From contig JADLAX010000026.1 in NCBI GenBank assembly GCA_020848035.1, positions 256,180 to 320,179 of the forward strand: a stretch of DNA of 64,000 nucleotides. Direction: 5' to 3'. The notes beneath the pieces are model-generated. The model was not told where the DNA came from. It saw only the letters and a program-made list of their open reading frames with translations, and did not search any database. The stretch comes from Anaerolineae bacterium. GTDB taxonomy: Bacteria > Chloroflexota > Anaerolineae > Promineifilales > Promineifilaceae. Each line of letters begins with the position of its first letter. The stretch's first letter is position 1. This document shows positions 35,522-44,596 of this stretch, one piece after another. The position numbers were made by a program, and so were the translations under genes.

Positions 35522-36808
35522 ATGGCAATACAAGTCGTCATGCCCGAGATGGGCGAAGGTGTGGTTGAAGGAACCATTTCCCGCTGGCTGAAGCAGGTGG
35601 GCGAGCAGGTGGACCAATACGAGCCGCTGCTGGAAATTGAAACGGACAAGGTAACCACCGAAGCCACCGCCGAAGAGGCGGGCACCGTGCTGGAAATCCT
35701 GGTGCCGGAGGGCGAGACGGTGGACGTGGGCACCGTGCTGGCAGTCATTGGCCAGCCAGGCGAGTCGCCCCAGAAAAACGGCAAGGCCCCGGCCCAAGAA
35801 ACAACGGCCAAAGCAGAACCTGCGCCGCCGCCGACTGCACCAAAAGCACAGGCAACGGCCGTTGCCCACCACCAACCCACCGAGCGCTACACCGGCCGCA
35901 TCAGCCCCGTCGTCGGCCGCATCGCCGCCGAGCACGAGGTAGACCTGAACCAGATCCACGGCACGGGCCGCGACGGCCGTATCACCAAAACCGACATCCT
36001 CGCCCACCTCGACCAACGCCAAACCAACCCACAACCCCTCACCCCCTCACCCGTTCACCCCATCACCCCGTCACCCCTTCACCCCGTCACCCGGTCACCC
36101 CGTCACCCGGTCACCTTGTCACCTGAACTCGCCACAGGCGAGGTTGTCCCCCTCACCCCCATGCGCCGGGCCATCGCCGAGCACATGGTACGCAGCGTGC
36201 AGACCAGCCCGCACGTCACCACCGTGTTTGAGTTTGACTTTACGGCCGTTGCCCACCACCGCACTGCCCACAAGGATCAATTTGCCCGAGATGGGGCCAA
36301 CCTCACCTTCACCGCCTACATCGTCGCCGCCACGGTGGCAGCGCTGAAGCAGCACCCGATGGCCAACAGCACCTGGACCGACGAGGGGATCGCGCTGAAG
36401 CGACAAATCAACATCGGCATGGCCGCCGCCATCGACGACGGCCTGATTGTGCCGGTGATCAAGGGGGCCGATGGCATGAACCTGCTTGGCCTGGCCCGCA
36501 CCATCAACGACCTCACCGAGCGAGCGCGGCGTAAGCAGCTCCAGCCCGGCGACGTGCAGGGCGGCACCTTCTCCATCACCAACCACGGCACCTCGGGCAG
36601 CCTCTTTGCCACGCCAATCATCAACCAGCCGCAGTGCGGCATTTTGGGCGTGGGCAAAATCGAGAAGCGGGTGAAGGTGATCAACGATGCGATTGCGATA
36701 CGGCCGCTCGCCTACGTTAGCTTCACCTTCGACCACCGCATCCTGGATGGGAAAACGGCCGATGATTTTGTCAGCACCATCAAGCAGGTGATTGAAAACT
36801 GGCAGTAA
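35522..36808 (+). CDS. Dihydrolipoamide acyltransferase (E2)
   Basis: Lipoyl motif LEIETDKVTTEA. E1/E3-binding domain SPVVGRIAAEHEVDLNQIHGTGRDGRITKTDIL. Catalytic SFTFDHRILDG. GAGGAG RBS. Confidence 0.9.
   Translation: MAIQVVMPEMGEGVVEGTISRWLKQVGEQVDQYEPLLEIETDKVTTEATAEEAGTVLEILVPEGETVDVGTVLAVIGQPGESPQKNGKAPAQETTAKAEPAPPPTAPKAQATAVAHHQPTERYTGRISPVVGRIAAEHEVDLNQIHGTGRDGRITKTDILAHLDQRQTNPQPLTPSPVHPITPSPLHPVTRSPRHPVTLSPELATGEVVPLTPMRRAIAEHMVRSVQTSPHVTTVFEFDFTAVAHHRTAHKDQFARDGANLTFTAYIVAATVAALKQHPMANSTWTDEGIALKRQINIGMAAAIDDGLIVPVIKGADGMNLLGLARTINDLTERARRKQLQPGDVQGGTFSITNHGTSGSLFATPIINQPQCGILGVGKIEKRVKVINDAIAIRPLAYVSFTFDHRILDGKTADDFVSTIKQVIENWQ
36039..36126. repeat. Eleven TCACCNNN octamers inside the E2 coding sequence
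   Basis: TCAC at 36039 and every 8 nt up to 36119. Translated as PLTPSPVHPITPSPLHPVTRSPRHPVTLSP (8-aa periodicity equals 3 octamers). Confidence 0.9.
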
Positions 36809-36834
36809 ACCGACTATTGGTAGTTGGGTAGCTG

Positions 36835-36868
36835 AGCCACTCGTGAATTTCATGAGTGGCTTTTTTTT
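36835..36868 (+). terminator. Intrinsic terminator after E2
   Basis: AGCCACTC (36835..36842) pairs with GAGTGGCT (36854..36861), followed by T8. Confidence 0.85.
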
Positions 36869-36943
36869 ACGGCCGTTACCCCCTTGTGCTCAACCACCCT
36901 CGCAAAAATCTTCCTGATTACGTTATGATTTCTAATAGGATTC

Positions 36944-36972
36944 TTGACATTTCTTATCTGAATCATTATTAT
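36944..36972 (+). promoter_or_regulatory. Putative promoter of the MFS gene
   Basis: TTGACA (36944..36949), 17-nt spacer, TATTAT (36967..36972), in an AT-rich spacer. Confidence 0.5.
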
Positions 36973-37049
36973 TCTTGTCATTCACCTAAATATTTTTAAC
37001 TTGTAGATCAATTTCTTTCCTAAACAAACCACCTGGCTAACAACGGTCT

Positions 37050-37076
37050 CAATTACCCAATTACTTAATTACTCAA
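37050..37076. repeat. Single-arm copy of the same family (AATTACNN octamers)
   Basis: CAATTACCCAATTACTTAATTACTCA immediately upstream of the MFS start. Confidence 0.7.
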
Positions 37077-37081
37077 AAGCC

Positions 37082-38467
37082 ATGACTACACCTACCCCCA
37101 ACCGACCCGCCGGGATGACCGGCTTTACCATCGTCTGGATTGGCCAGCTCGTTTCCCTGCTGGGCACCAGCATGACCAACTTCGCCCTCACCATCTGGGC
37201 CTTCGAGCAAACCGGCCGGGCCACCGACCTGGCCTTGATCGGCTTCTTTTTCCTGGTGCCGCTGCTCATCGTCAGCCCCATGGCCGGGGCGATTGTGGAC
37301 CGCCACGACCGCAAATTGATGATGATGGTCAGCGATCTGGCTTCCGGCGTAGTCACTATCATCGTGCTGATTTTGTATGCCACCGGCCTGCTGGAAGTGT
37401 GGCATCTGTACATCACCGCCGCCATTTCCGGCACCTTCCAGACGTTCCAATGGCCCGCTTACTCCGCCGCCATCAGCACCATGCTGCCCAAGACGCAGTA
37501 CGCCCGGGCCAACGGCATGATCTCCCTGGCTGAATCCGGCTCCGGCATTTTTGCCCCAGTGCTGGCGGGGGCGCTGCTGAGCTATTTTGGCCTGAACGCC
37601 GTATTTGCCATCGACATTATCTCCTTCGTCATCGCCATTGGGGCGCTGCTGGTGGTGAACATTCCCAACCCCAAACGCACCGAAGCGGGTGCGGAAAGCC
37701 AGGGCAGCATCTGGAAAGAGTCGGCCTACGGCTTTCGCTACATTTTGGCCCGGCCCAGCCTGCTCGGTTTGCAGCTGCTCTTTTTTGGGGCCAACTTTAT
37801 GGCGGCGCTGGGCGGTACCGTCTTTGCGCCCATGCTGCTGGCCCGGACGGGCAACAATGAACTCATTTTTGGCTCTGTGCAATCAGCCGGGGCCATTGGC
37901 GGGGTGATTGGCGGCCTGGTGATGAGTGCCTGGGGCGGGCCGAAACGACTGGTTCATGGCGTGGTCTTTGGCTGGATCATTTCGGGTCTTACCCAATCCG
38001 TTTTTGGCGCCGGGCAAATCTTGCCAGTCTGGCTGGTGACCAGCTTTATCATGTCGGCCCTGATACCGCTCATCAATGGCTCTAACCAGGCCATCTGGCA
38101 GGCCAAAGTGGCCCCCGACGTACAGGGGCGCGTTTTTGCCATTCGCCGCCTCATCGCCTGGGTCTCGACGCCGCTGGCGCAGCTCATCGCCGGGCCGCTG
38201 GCCGATTACGTGATGGAACCAGCCATGCAAGAAGGGGGTGCGCTGGCGGGCGCGTTTGGCGGACTGGTGGGCACCGGCAATGGCGCAGGCATGGGACTGA
38301 TGCTTTTCGTCTCGGGCATCCTGTCTAGCCTGGTGGCCCTGGCGGCTTATTCCACCAACGCCGTGCGCCACGCCGAAGATCTGCTGCCGGACCACGAGCA
38401 AACAGCCGCGGAAGAAGAGCATAACCCGGCGGCTGTCGCCGAACCGACACAGTTGGAAGGAGCGTAA
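37082..38467 (+). CDS. MFS transporter (EntS/MFS_3-like)
   Basis: 12 predicted TM segments. GAIVDRHDRKLMMM loop typical of this MFS subgroup. Confidence 0.85.
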   Translation: MTTPTPNRPAGMTGFTIVWIGQLVSLLGTSMTNFALTIWAFEQTGRATDLALIGFFFLVPLLIVSPMAGAIVDRHDRKLMMMVSDLASGVVTIIVLILYATGLLEVWHLYITAAISGTFQTFQWPAYSAAISTMLPKTQYARANGMISLAESGSGIFAPVLAGALLSYFGLNAVFAIDIISFVIAIGALLVVNIPNPKRTEAGAESQGSIWKESAYGFRYILARPSLLGLQLLFFGANFMAALGGTVFAPMLLARTGNNELIFGSVQSAGAIGGVIGGLVMSAWGGPKRLVHGVVFGWIISGLTQSVFGAGQILPVWLVTSFIMSALIPLINGSNQAIWQAKVAPDVQGRVFAIRRLIAWVSTPLAQLIAGPLADYVMEPAMQEGGALAGAFGGLVGTGNGAGMGLMLFVSGILSSLVALAAYSTNAVRHAEDLLPDHEQTAAEEEHNPAAVAEPTQLEGA

Positions 38468-38468
38468 C

Positions 38469-39647
38469 ATGCAGCAGTACGAAGGATATTTTAGTTTAGA
38501 CACGTTTTTGCTTGAAGTTCGGCTGAGGGACGGGCGGCTTACGGCCGTTTCCCCAGGTGTGCCGGAAGGGTACGAAGTGATTTTGCAGCCTACGGCCGTT
38601 CCCCACACTTTTACCCTGCTCCGTGGACCGCTGGCAGGGGTTACGGCCGTCTTCCACCACTCCCCCGACGGCAAACCCACCGGCCTGACCATCGGCGGCG
38701 AGTTTGAGCTGACTTACAGCCCCACCGCGCCGCCAACGCCGGACATCCCCACCGGGCAAGGGCTGCTGCCGCCAGAGCTGGTGCTGGACGCCGGCAAGGA
38801 AGCCGATTTTGCCGAACTGCTGGATGCGGTGCTGGGCGGCGACGGCGGGTTGTTAGACTACACCCTGCCCTACCCCAAACATGAATTTCTGCGCTACCTG
38901 GCCGCGCAAGACCGGTTCATTTTCCACGGCTCGCCCAAAGCCGACATTGAGGAATTTAGCACCCGCCGCACCTCGATGGAGCTGAATGACAAAAACGGCC
39001 GTGGCAACGTGCAGGGCATCTACGGCACCCACGACGGCCTCTGGCCCCTCTTTTTTGCCGTGGTAGACCGCGACAAGATCACCGGCTCCATCCGCAACGG
39101 GGTGCAGTTTTACCAAAACGACGACGGCGACGAGGTGGGTGTGTATCACTTCTCGGTGAACCAGGAGTGGCTGGACCAAAATCCGTGGCGCAGCGGCACG
39201 CTCTACGTGCTGCCGCGCCAAACCTTCCGACAAATGCCCATGACGGCCAGCGGCGGCCTGTCCAACGAGTGGGTCAGCGAACTGTCGGTCAGGCCGCTGG
39301 TGCGCCTGGCCGTCGCGCCGGAGGACTTTCCCTTCCTGGCCCAGGTGGGCGGCCATGATGATTCCGAGCTGATCAACCTGGGCACCCTGGGCGAGCAAAT
39401 CACCCAGGCCACCACCGCCGCCGATTTTGGCGCAGACTGTCTCAATTGGAAGCTCAGCTACTCGCCCGAATTGGGCGAAACGATTCTCAAGTACATTCCC
39501 CTGGCACAGAAGTTCATTCCGACGGCCCGGTTTGTGCTGCGTTTTGAGCCGGAAACGGCCGTCTGGCTGGAAATGTCTGGTCCACCGGCCGTCATGCAGG
39601 TGATGCGCGACCGGGTGGAAAGGCACCTGGCGGAGCGTGAAAAGTGA
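38469..39647 (+). CDS. Hypothetical protein, apparently translationally coupled to the MFS gene
   Basis: 392-aa ORF. Its ATG is 1 nt after the MFS stop. Native-looking codon usage with HIP copies read as TAV. I recognise no family. Confidence 0.6.
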   Translation: MQQYEGYFSLDTFLLEVRLRDGRLTAVSPGVPEGYEVILQPTAVPHTFTLLRGPLAGVTAVFHHSPDGKPTGLTIGGEFELTYSPTAPPTPDIPTGQGLLPPELVLDAGKEADFAELLDAVLGGDGGLLDYTLPYPKHEFLRYLAAQDRFIFHGSPKADIEEFSTRRTSMELNDKNGRGNVQGIYGTHDGLWPLFFAVVDRDKITGSIRNGVQFYQNDDGDEVGVYHFSVNQEWLDQNPWRSGTLYVLPRQTFRQMPMTASGGLSNEWVSELSVRPLVRLAVAPEDFPFLAQVGGHDDSELINLGTLGEQITQATTAADFGADCLNWKLSYSPELGETILKYIPLAQKFIPTARFVLRFEPETAVWLEMSGPPAVMQVMRDRVERHLAEREK

Positions 39648-39690
39648 AACGTGAAACGTGATTGATTCGTCATCACGTTTCACGCTTCAC
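39644..39690. repeat. Simple-repeat hairpin, (GTGAAAC)n arms
   Basis: GTGAAACGTGAAACGTGAT pairs with ATCACGTTTCACGCTTCAC (19 bp, 1 mismatch). The stop codon of the 392-aa ORF lies in the left arm. Confidence 0.85.
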
Positions 39691-39819
39691 GCCTCTTCTT
39701 CTCAAAACGGCGTCCCTATCATCCCCGGTAGGGGCGCTGTTTTTTTGCCAAACATCGAATCTGCCATATAATCCCGTCTATCTATTCACACTCTGAATAT
39801 TCTGTTTCTGAATAACATT

Positions 39820-40365
39820 ATGGCCCCATCTTCACTTTCTCTCGAACTGGCCCTGCTGGGCTTTGTGCGGCAGCAGCCCAATCATGGCTACGCCATTCAC
39901 CAGGCGCTAACCGACCCCGCCGGGTTGGGTCCGGTGTGGCAAATTAAGCTGAGCCAGCTCTATGCCCTGCTGGCCAAGCTGGAAGAAGCGGGTTACCTGA
40001 CCACCAGCACCGAACTGCAAGACAACAAACCACCGCGCAAGCTGTTCCACCTGACCCCATCGGGGGAGACAGTTTTTTTGGAGTGGGTACAGACACCGGT
40101 GGGCAACGGCCGTTCCCTCCGCCTGGACTTTTTGGTGAAGCTCTATTTTGCCCGGCTGGAAAGCAATGAAATCGCCGCCCGGCTGCTGGCCAGCCAACGC
40201 AGCCAATGCCACGATTGGCTGGCGGCGGAGCAGGAGATTGCCACGGAAGAGTTTGAAAATGGCCGGGTGTACGGCCGGTTGGTTCATCAATTTCGCGCCG
40301 GTCAAATTCAAGCGATGTTGACCTGGCTCGATCAATGTGAGGAGGAACTTTCTGGTGAAAATTAA
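39820..40365 (+). CDS. PadR family transcriptional regulator
   Basis: LELALLGFVRQQPNHGYAIHQAL..LSQLYALLAKLEEAGYL. Confidence 0.85.
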   Translation: MAPSSLSLELALLGFVRQQPNHGYAIHQALTDPAGLGPVWQIKLSQLYALLAKLEEAGYLTTSTELQDNKPPRKLFHLTPSGETVFLEWVQTPVGNGRSLRLDFLVKLYFARLESNEIAARLLASQRSQCHDWLAAEQEIATEEFENGRVYGRLVHQFRAGQIQAMLTWLDQCEEELSGEN

Positions 40366-41149
40366 ATGGTTGCTTTTATTGTTTGCGCTCTTTTTTGTGG
40401 TGGGCTGTGGCGCTGACGCCGCCGAAGAAGAAGCGGCCGAACCGCAAGAAATCACCGTTTTTGCGGCATCATCACTCACCGATGCCTTTAACGAAATGGC
40501 CGAAGCGTTTAAAGCCCAAAATGAAGGCGTCGCGGTGGTGCTTAACTATGCTGGATCGACCCAGCTGGCCGCCCAACTCAGCGAAGGGGCAGCCGCCGAC
40601 GTGTTTGCCTCGGCCAACAGCACCCAAATGCAGGTCGCAGTAGATGCCGGGCGCATTACCGCAGGCAGCGAAAAGCTGTTTGTCTCCAACCGCCTGACCG
40701 TCATTGTGCCCGCCGATAATCCGGCGGGCATCACCGCGCTGGAAGATTTAGCCCAGCCGGGCGTACAGATGATCCTGGCGGTGACCGGCGTGCCGGTACG
40801 CCAATACACGGACGAAATCGTGGCCACCTTCCCGGCCGATTTTCAGACAAATTTCTACGCCAACATGGTGTCTGAAGAAGAAAATGTGCGCCAGGTGTCG
40901 GCCAAAGTGGCCCTGGGTGAAGCCGATGCAGGCATCGTCTACACCTCAGACGTGACGCCAGACATTGCCGACCAGGTGCTGCAAATTGACATTCCAGACG
41001 ATCAAAACGTAATCGCCACCTACCCCATCGCCCGGCTGGCCGACGCCCCCGCGCCCACCCTGGCGCAAAGCTTCGTTGACTTTGTGCTGAGCGAAGACGG
41101 ACAGGCCATCCTGGCAAAATGGGGCTTTGGCCCGCCGCCGACAAATTAG
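40355..41149 (+). CDS. modA: Molybdate ABC transporter substrate-binding lipoprotein
   Basis: Lipobox FFVVGCG. VFAASSLTDAFNEMAEAF..VVLNYAGSTQLAAQLSEGAAADVFASAN. GTG 40355 follows GAGGAGGA, and the track start 40337 is also GTG. Confidence 0.85.
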   Translation: MKIKWLLLLFALFFVVGCGADAAEEEAAEPQEITVFAASSLTDAFNEMAEAFKAQNEGVAVVLNYAGSTQLAAQLSEGAAADVFASANSTQMQVAVDAGRITAGSEKLFVSNRLTVIVPADNPAGITALEDLAQPGVQMILAVTGVPVRQYTDEIVATFPADFQTNFYANMVSEEENVRQVSAKVALGEADAGIVYTSDVTPDIADQVLQIDIPDDQNVIATYPIARLADAPAPTLAQSFVDFVLSEDGQAILAKWGFGPPPTN

Positions 41150-41158
41150 GCATGTCAT

Positions 41159-41223
41159 TGAGTAATTGGGTAATTGAGTAATTGGCAGTTCCAGGGTTAC
41201 CCAATTACCTGATTACCCACTCA
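41159..41223. repeat. Imperfect hairpin of the GAGTAATTGGGTAATT family
   Basis: TGAGTAATTGGGTAATTGAGTAATTGG ... GTTACCCAATTACCTGATTACCCACTCA, between modA and modB. Confidence 0.75.
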
Positions 41224-41238
41224 CCCACGCACTTCTTC

Positions 41239-42075
41239 ATGAAACTCACCCTCCCCCGCAGCCGCCCGCCGTCGTCACCAACGTGGGCGGAGCGGCTGCC
41301 GGGGCTTTTAGCCTCTTTACTGGCCCTGATCATGGGGCTGTTTATCATTCTGCCGTTTGTGGCGCTCATCTGGCGCGCTGTTACGCTGGAGGGCGATCTC
41401 CGGGCGACGGACCTTTCGATTGGTTCGGCCATTTGGCTAAGTTTGGGCACAACGGCCGTTACCGTCCTCCTCATCATTCTTTTTGGCACCCCGCTGGCCT
41501 ACTTTCTGGCCCGGCACAACTTTCCCCTCAAGCGGCTCCTCTCCATCTTCATCGAGATTCCCATCGTCATGCCGCCGGTGGTGGCCGGGCTGGCGCTGCT
41601 CTCTGCCTTTGGGCGACGCGGCCTCATTGGCCAATCGCTGGCTGAGCTGGACATCACGGTGACGTTTACCTTAACGGCCGTTGCCCTGGCCCAGCTGTTT
41701 GTCGCCGCTCCTTTCTACATTCGCGCCGCGCAAAGCCGCTTTGAAACCCTGCCCCGCGAGTATGAAGATGCCGCCGCCGTGGACGGCGCCAATCGGTGGG
41801 TCACCTTCTGGCTGGTCATCTTGCCGCAAAGCACGCGAGCGCTGCTGGCAGGCCTCATCCTCAGCTGGGCGCGGGCGCTGGGCGAATTTGGCGCAACGAT
41901 CCTTTTTGCCGGGAATTTGCAGGGACGCACCCAAACGATGCCGCTGCTGGTCTACGGCGCGCTGGAGCGCGACCTGCGCGTGACGTTTGTCACGGCGCTG
42001 CTGCTGCTGGGTCTGGCGGTGCTGGCCTTCAGCCTTACCCGCTGGCTGGGCCGCCTGGACCTCGACGAAAATTGA
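41239..42075 (+). CDS. modB: Molybdate ABC transporter permease
   Basis: Permease with EAA-type loop EDAAAVDGANRWVTFWLVILP. The track start 41182 lies in a repeat element, so I prefer ATG 41239. Confidence 0.85.
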   Translation: MKLTLPRSRPPSSPTWAERLPGLLASLLALIMGLFIILPFVALIWRAVTLEGDLRATDLSIGSAIWLSLGTTAVTVLLIILFGTPLAYFLARHNFPLKRLLSIFIEIPIVMPPVVAGLALLSAFGRRGLIGQSLAELDITVTFTLTAVALAQLFVAAPFYIRAAQSRFETLPREYEDAAAVDGANRWVTFWLVILPQSTRALLAGLILSWARALGEFGATILFAGNLQGRTQTMPLLVYGALERDLRVTFVTALLLLGLAVLAFSLTRWLGRLDLDEN

Positions 42076-42164
42076 GCCACTTTCTGGTCAAGTTAGGCAA
42101 CCTGGCTTACGATTAACCCGATTGAATGATTCAACACGCCATTCACACAGGCAACCGTAAGTTT

Positions 42165-43019
42165 ATGTCAACCAACAAGCTAAACGCCGCGCTGGCGGCC
42201 GAAGTTTTATCGTTTTTGAACGTCCCGGCCGCTGCGCCCACCTTACCGGTGCTGGAGGCGCTGCTGACGGCCTACTACCGTCGTGTGCCCTGGGAAAGTG
42301 TCTTCCGCATCGTGCGCCGGGCGGAAAACCCCACGCCGCGCTGGCCCGACTTATTCTGGCGCGACGCCATTTCCCACGGCGGCGGTGGCACCTGCTTCGA
42401 GAGCAATTACGCCTTTTTCGCCCTGCTGCAAACCCTCGGCTACGACGGCTACCTGACCATCAACAACATGGGCGAGTCGATTGGCTGCCACACGGCGATT
42501 GTGGTAGTGCAGGACGGGCAAAAGTGGCTGGTAGATGTGGGGCTGCCGCTCTACGCCCTGCTGCCCATCAGCAACCGGGGCGTGATGCACCGCAGTTCGC
42601 CTTTTTTGCACTATGCGGTGCGGCCAAACGGCCGTTCCACTTACCAGATCGAGCGCTGGCCCCACCCCAAACGCACCGCCTTCACCCTCGTCGACGAGCC
42701 GGTAGACGACACCACCTATCGCGCCGCCACCGCCAACGATTACGGCGAATTTGGCCTTTTCCTCGAATTTGTCATCATCAACAAAGTCGTTGACGGCGAG
42801 CCGTGGCGCTTTAACATGGCCGAACGGCCGTGGGCGCTCGACCGCTTTGAATGGGGCCAAAAGATGGATACACTTCTGGAAGGCGATGCGGCCGTCGCCG
42901 TGGCGGAACATTTTGGGCTGGAAACGGCCGTTGTGCAACGCGCCTTTGCCCTCACCCAACACAATTATCCCAACCAGGAACTCACCGCGGAGGACGCAGA
43001 AAACGCGGCGGAATTTTAG
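42165..43019 (+). CDS. Arylamine N-acetyltransferase (NAT) family protein
   Basis: Catalytic-Cys region GGGGTCFESNYAF, then HTAIVV. The last ~10 codons lie in a repeat element. Confidence 0.7.
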   Translation: MSTNKLNAALAAEVLSFLNVPAAAPTLPVLEALLTAYYRRVPWESVFRIVRRAENPTPRWPDLFWRDAISHGGGGTCFESNYAFFALLQTLGYDGYLTINNMGESIGCHTAIVVVQDGQKWLVDVGLPLYALLPISNRGVMHRSSPFLHYAVRPNGRSTYQIERWPHPKRTAFTLVDEPVDDTTYRAATANDYGEFGLFLEFVIINKVVDGEPWRFNMAERPWALDRFEWGQKMDTLLEGDAAVAVAEHFGLETAVVQRAFALTQHNYPNQELTAEDAENAAEF

Positions 43020-43040
43020 AAAACTCTGCGCACTCCGCGG
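42985..43040. repeat. CCGCGGAG..CTCTGCG-type inverted repeat spanning the NAT stop codon
   Basis: CCGCGGAGGACGCAGA (42985..43000) pairs with TCTGCGCACTCCGCGG (43025..43040), 14 of 16 positions. Confidence 0.7.
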
Positions 43041-43059
43041 ACTCAGCGGTTAAAAAAAT

Positions 43060-43665
43060 ATGCGAAAACCAAAACCATACCAACCCAAACCCAAAAAGAA
43101 AGTCACGCCGCGCCAGCGCAGCGGCGATTACCGCATCTTTGTCGGGGCATTCCCCGAAGGCGAAAAAATCGGCCAGATTCAGCAGCTGCGCCAGGCAGTT
43201 GACCCGGAAACGGCCGTCATTACCCCACCGCACGTTACCCTGGCAGGCACCTACTGGCGCAGCGGCCAGCCCAACGCCAGCAGCGAAAGCGTGCTCATCG
43301 ACAAGCTTACCGGCCTGGCAGCCTACCTCAAGCCGCTGACGCTGCACCTGGGTGGCATCTACACCTTTGGCGAGCGGGTCATCTATCTCGGCGTGCTGCC
43401 CACGGACGAGATGCTGGCTATCCGAAATTCCCTTATGGCGGTGATGGGCAAAGACAAACATCGCCAGTTCCGCCCCCACCTGACGCTGGCGATGCGATTA
43501 AAAGACGAGGCATTTGCTGCAGCGCTGGCAGAACTGGAACAATCTGAGTGGGCCGACGGCCGTTTTACCACCCCCATCCACGATCTGCGCCTGATGCAGC
43601 GCGGCCCCAACGACCCCGCCTGGCGCACCATCCACACGATTCCCCTGCTGGCAGCAGATAAATAA
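43060..43665 (+). CDS. 2H phosphoesterase (LigT / 2'-5' RNA ligase-like)
   Basis: Two HxT motifs: PPHVTLAGTY and RPHLTLAMRL. Confidence 0.8.
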   Translation: MRKPKPYQPKPKKKVTPRQRSGDYRIFVGAFPEGEKIGQIQQLRQAVDPETAVITPPHVTLAGTYWRSGQPNASSESVLIDKLTGLAAYLKPLTLHLGGIYTFGERVIYLGVLPTDEMLAIRNSLMAVMGKDKHRQFRPHLTLAMRLKDEAFAAALAELEQSEWADGRFTTPIHDLRLMQRGPNDPAWRTIHTIPLLAADK

Positions 43666-43725
43666 ATCAAAGATTTCGCAGATTGAAAAGATTAAAAAAT
43701 CTGGTTAATCTGCGAAATCTTTGAT
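43666..43725. repeat. Hairpin of the ATCAAAGATTTCGCAGATT family
   Basis: ATCAAAGATTTCGCAGATT (43666..43684) pairs with AATCTGCGAAATCTTTGAT (43707..43725). 19-bp perfect stem directly after the LigT-like stop. Confidence 0.9.
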
Positions 43726-43780
43726 AAATGCCATCTTTAAGCACGCTTCTTATTTGAGGAGTCTTATTTTTAACTTGCAA

Positions 43781-44596
43781 ATGATTGATTTTTTGTTAAA
43801 CGGAGAACGGTATCACCTGCGCTGCAGCGACGATCTGACAAAGCCGCCGCTGCTGCTGCTGCACGGCTTCACCGGCAGCAGCGCCAATTGGGATCCTCTG
43901 CTGCCGCTGTTGGGTGCGCGGCATTCGGTCATCGGGGTAGATATTTTGGGACACGGCCGTTCCGCCAGCCCACTCGATCCCCAGCGCTACACCATGCTTC
44001 AGGTCGCCGCCGACCTCATCGCCCTGCTGGATGAATGGCACATTGAGCAAACGGCCGTTCTCGGCTACTCGATGGGCGGGCGACTGGCATTGTACCTGGC
44101 CTGTACCTACCCGGAACGATTTAGCCAGCTCATCCTGGAAAGCAGCTCCTCCGGTTTGGCCACCGAGGCGGAACGCGCCGCCCGCCGCCAAAGCGACGAG
44201 GCGCTGGCCAACTGGATTGAAGCCAACGGCATCGAAGCCTTTGTCGACCGCTGGGAGACACTGCCGCTGTGGGCCAGCCAGGAGCAGCTTTCAGAAGAAG
44301 TTCGGGCGCGATTGCGGCAGCAGCGACTGCAAAACAGTCCGCTGGGTCTGGCCAATTCGCTGCGCGGCATGGGCACCGGGGCACAGCCCTCGCTGTGGGA
44401 AAAATTGCCTGCGCTAACCCTGCCCACGCTGCTCATCGCTGGCGAGCTGGACGAGAAATTTGTGGCCATTAACCAAAAGATGGTGGAACGATTGCCCAAC
44501 GGCCGTCTCCACCGCATCCTCCACGCCGGACACACCACCCATCTGGAACGGCCGTCTGCATTTGCCACGGCCGTGTTAACCTTCATGGGAAACTGA
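43781..44596 (+). CDS. Alpha/beta hydrolase, MenH (SHCHC synthase)-like
   Basis: LLLLHGFTGS, nucleophile elbow LGYSMGGRLAL, lid region RRQSDEALANWIEANGIEAFVDRWETLPLW. No other men genes in the window. Confidence 0.7.
   Translation: MIDFLLNGERYHLRCSDDLTKPPLLLLHGFTGSSANWDPLLPLLGARHSVIGVDILGHGRSASPLDPQRYTMLQVAADLIALLDEWHIEQTAVLGYSMGGRLALYLACTYPERFSQLILESSSSGLATEAERAARRQSDEALANWIEANGIEAFVDRWETLPLWASQEQLSEEVRARLRQQRLQNSPLGLANSLRGMGTGAQPSLWEKLPALTLPTLLIAGELDEKFVAINQKMVERLPNGRLHRILHAGHTTHLERPSAFATAVLTFMGN

Noticed and set aside
36039-36126. CRISPR array interpretation of the octamer and heptamer arrays (also 55176..55246, 56134..56186 and 26424..26635)
   Set aside because: The units are only 7-8 nt and directly abut one another without spacers. 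No cas genes are present. These are simple tandem repeats.
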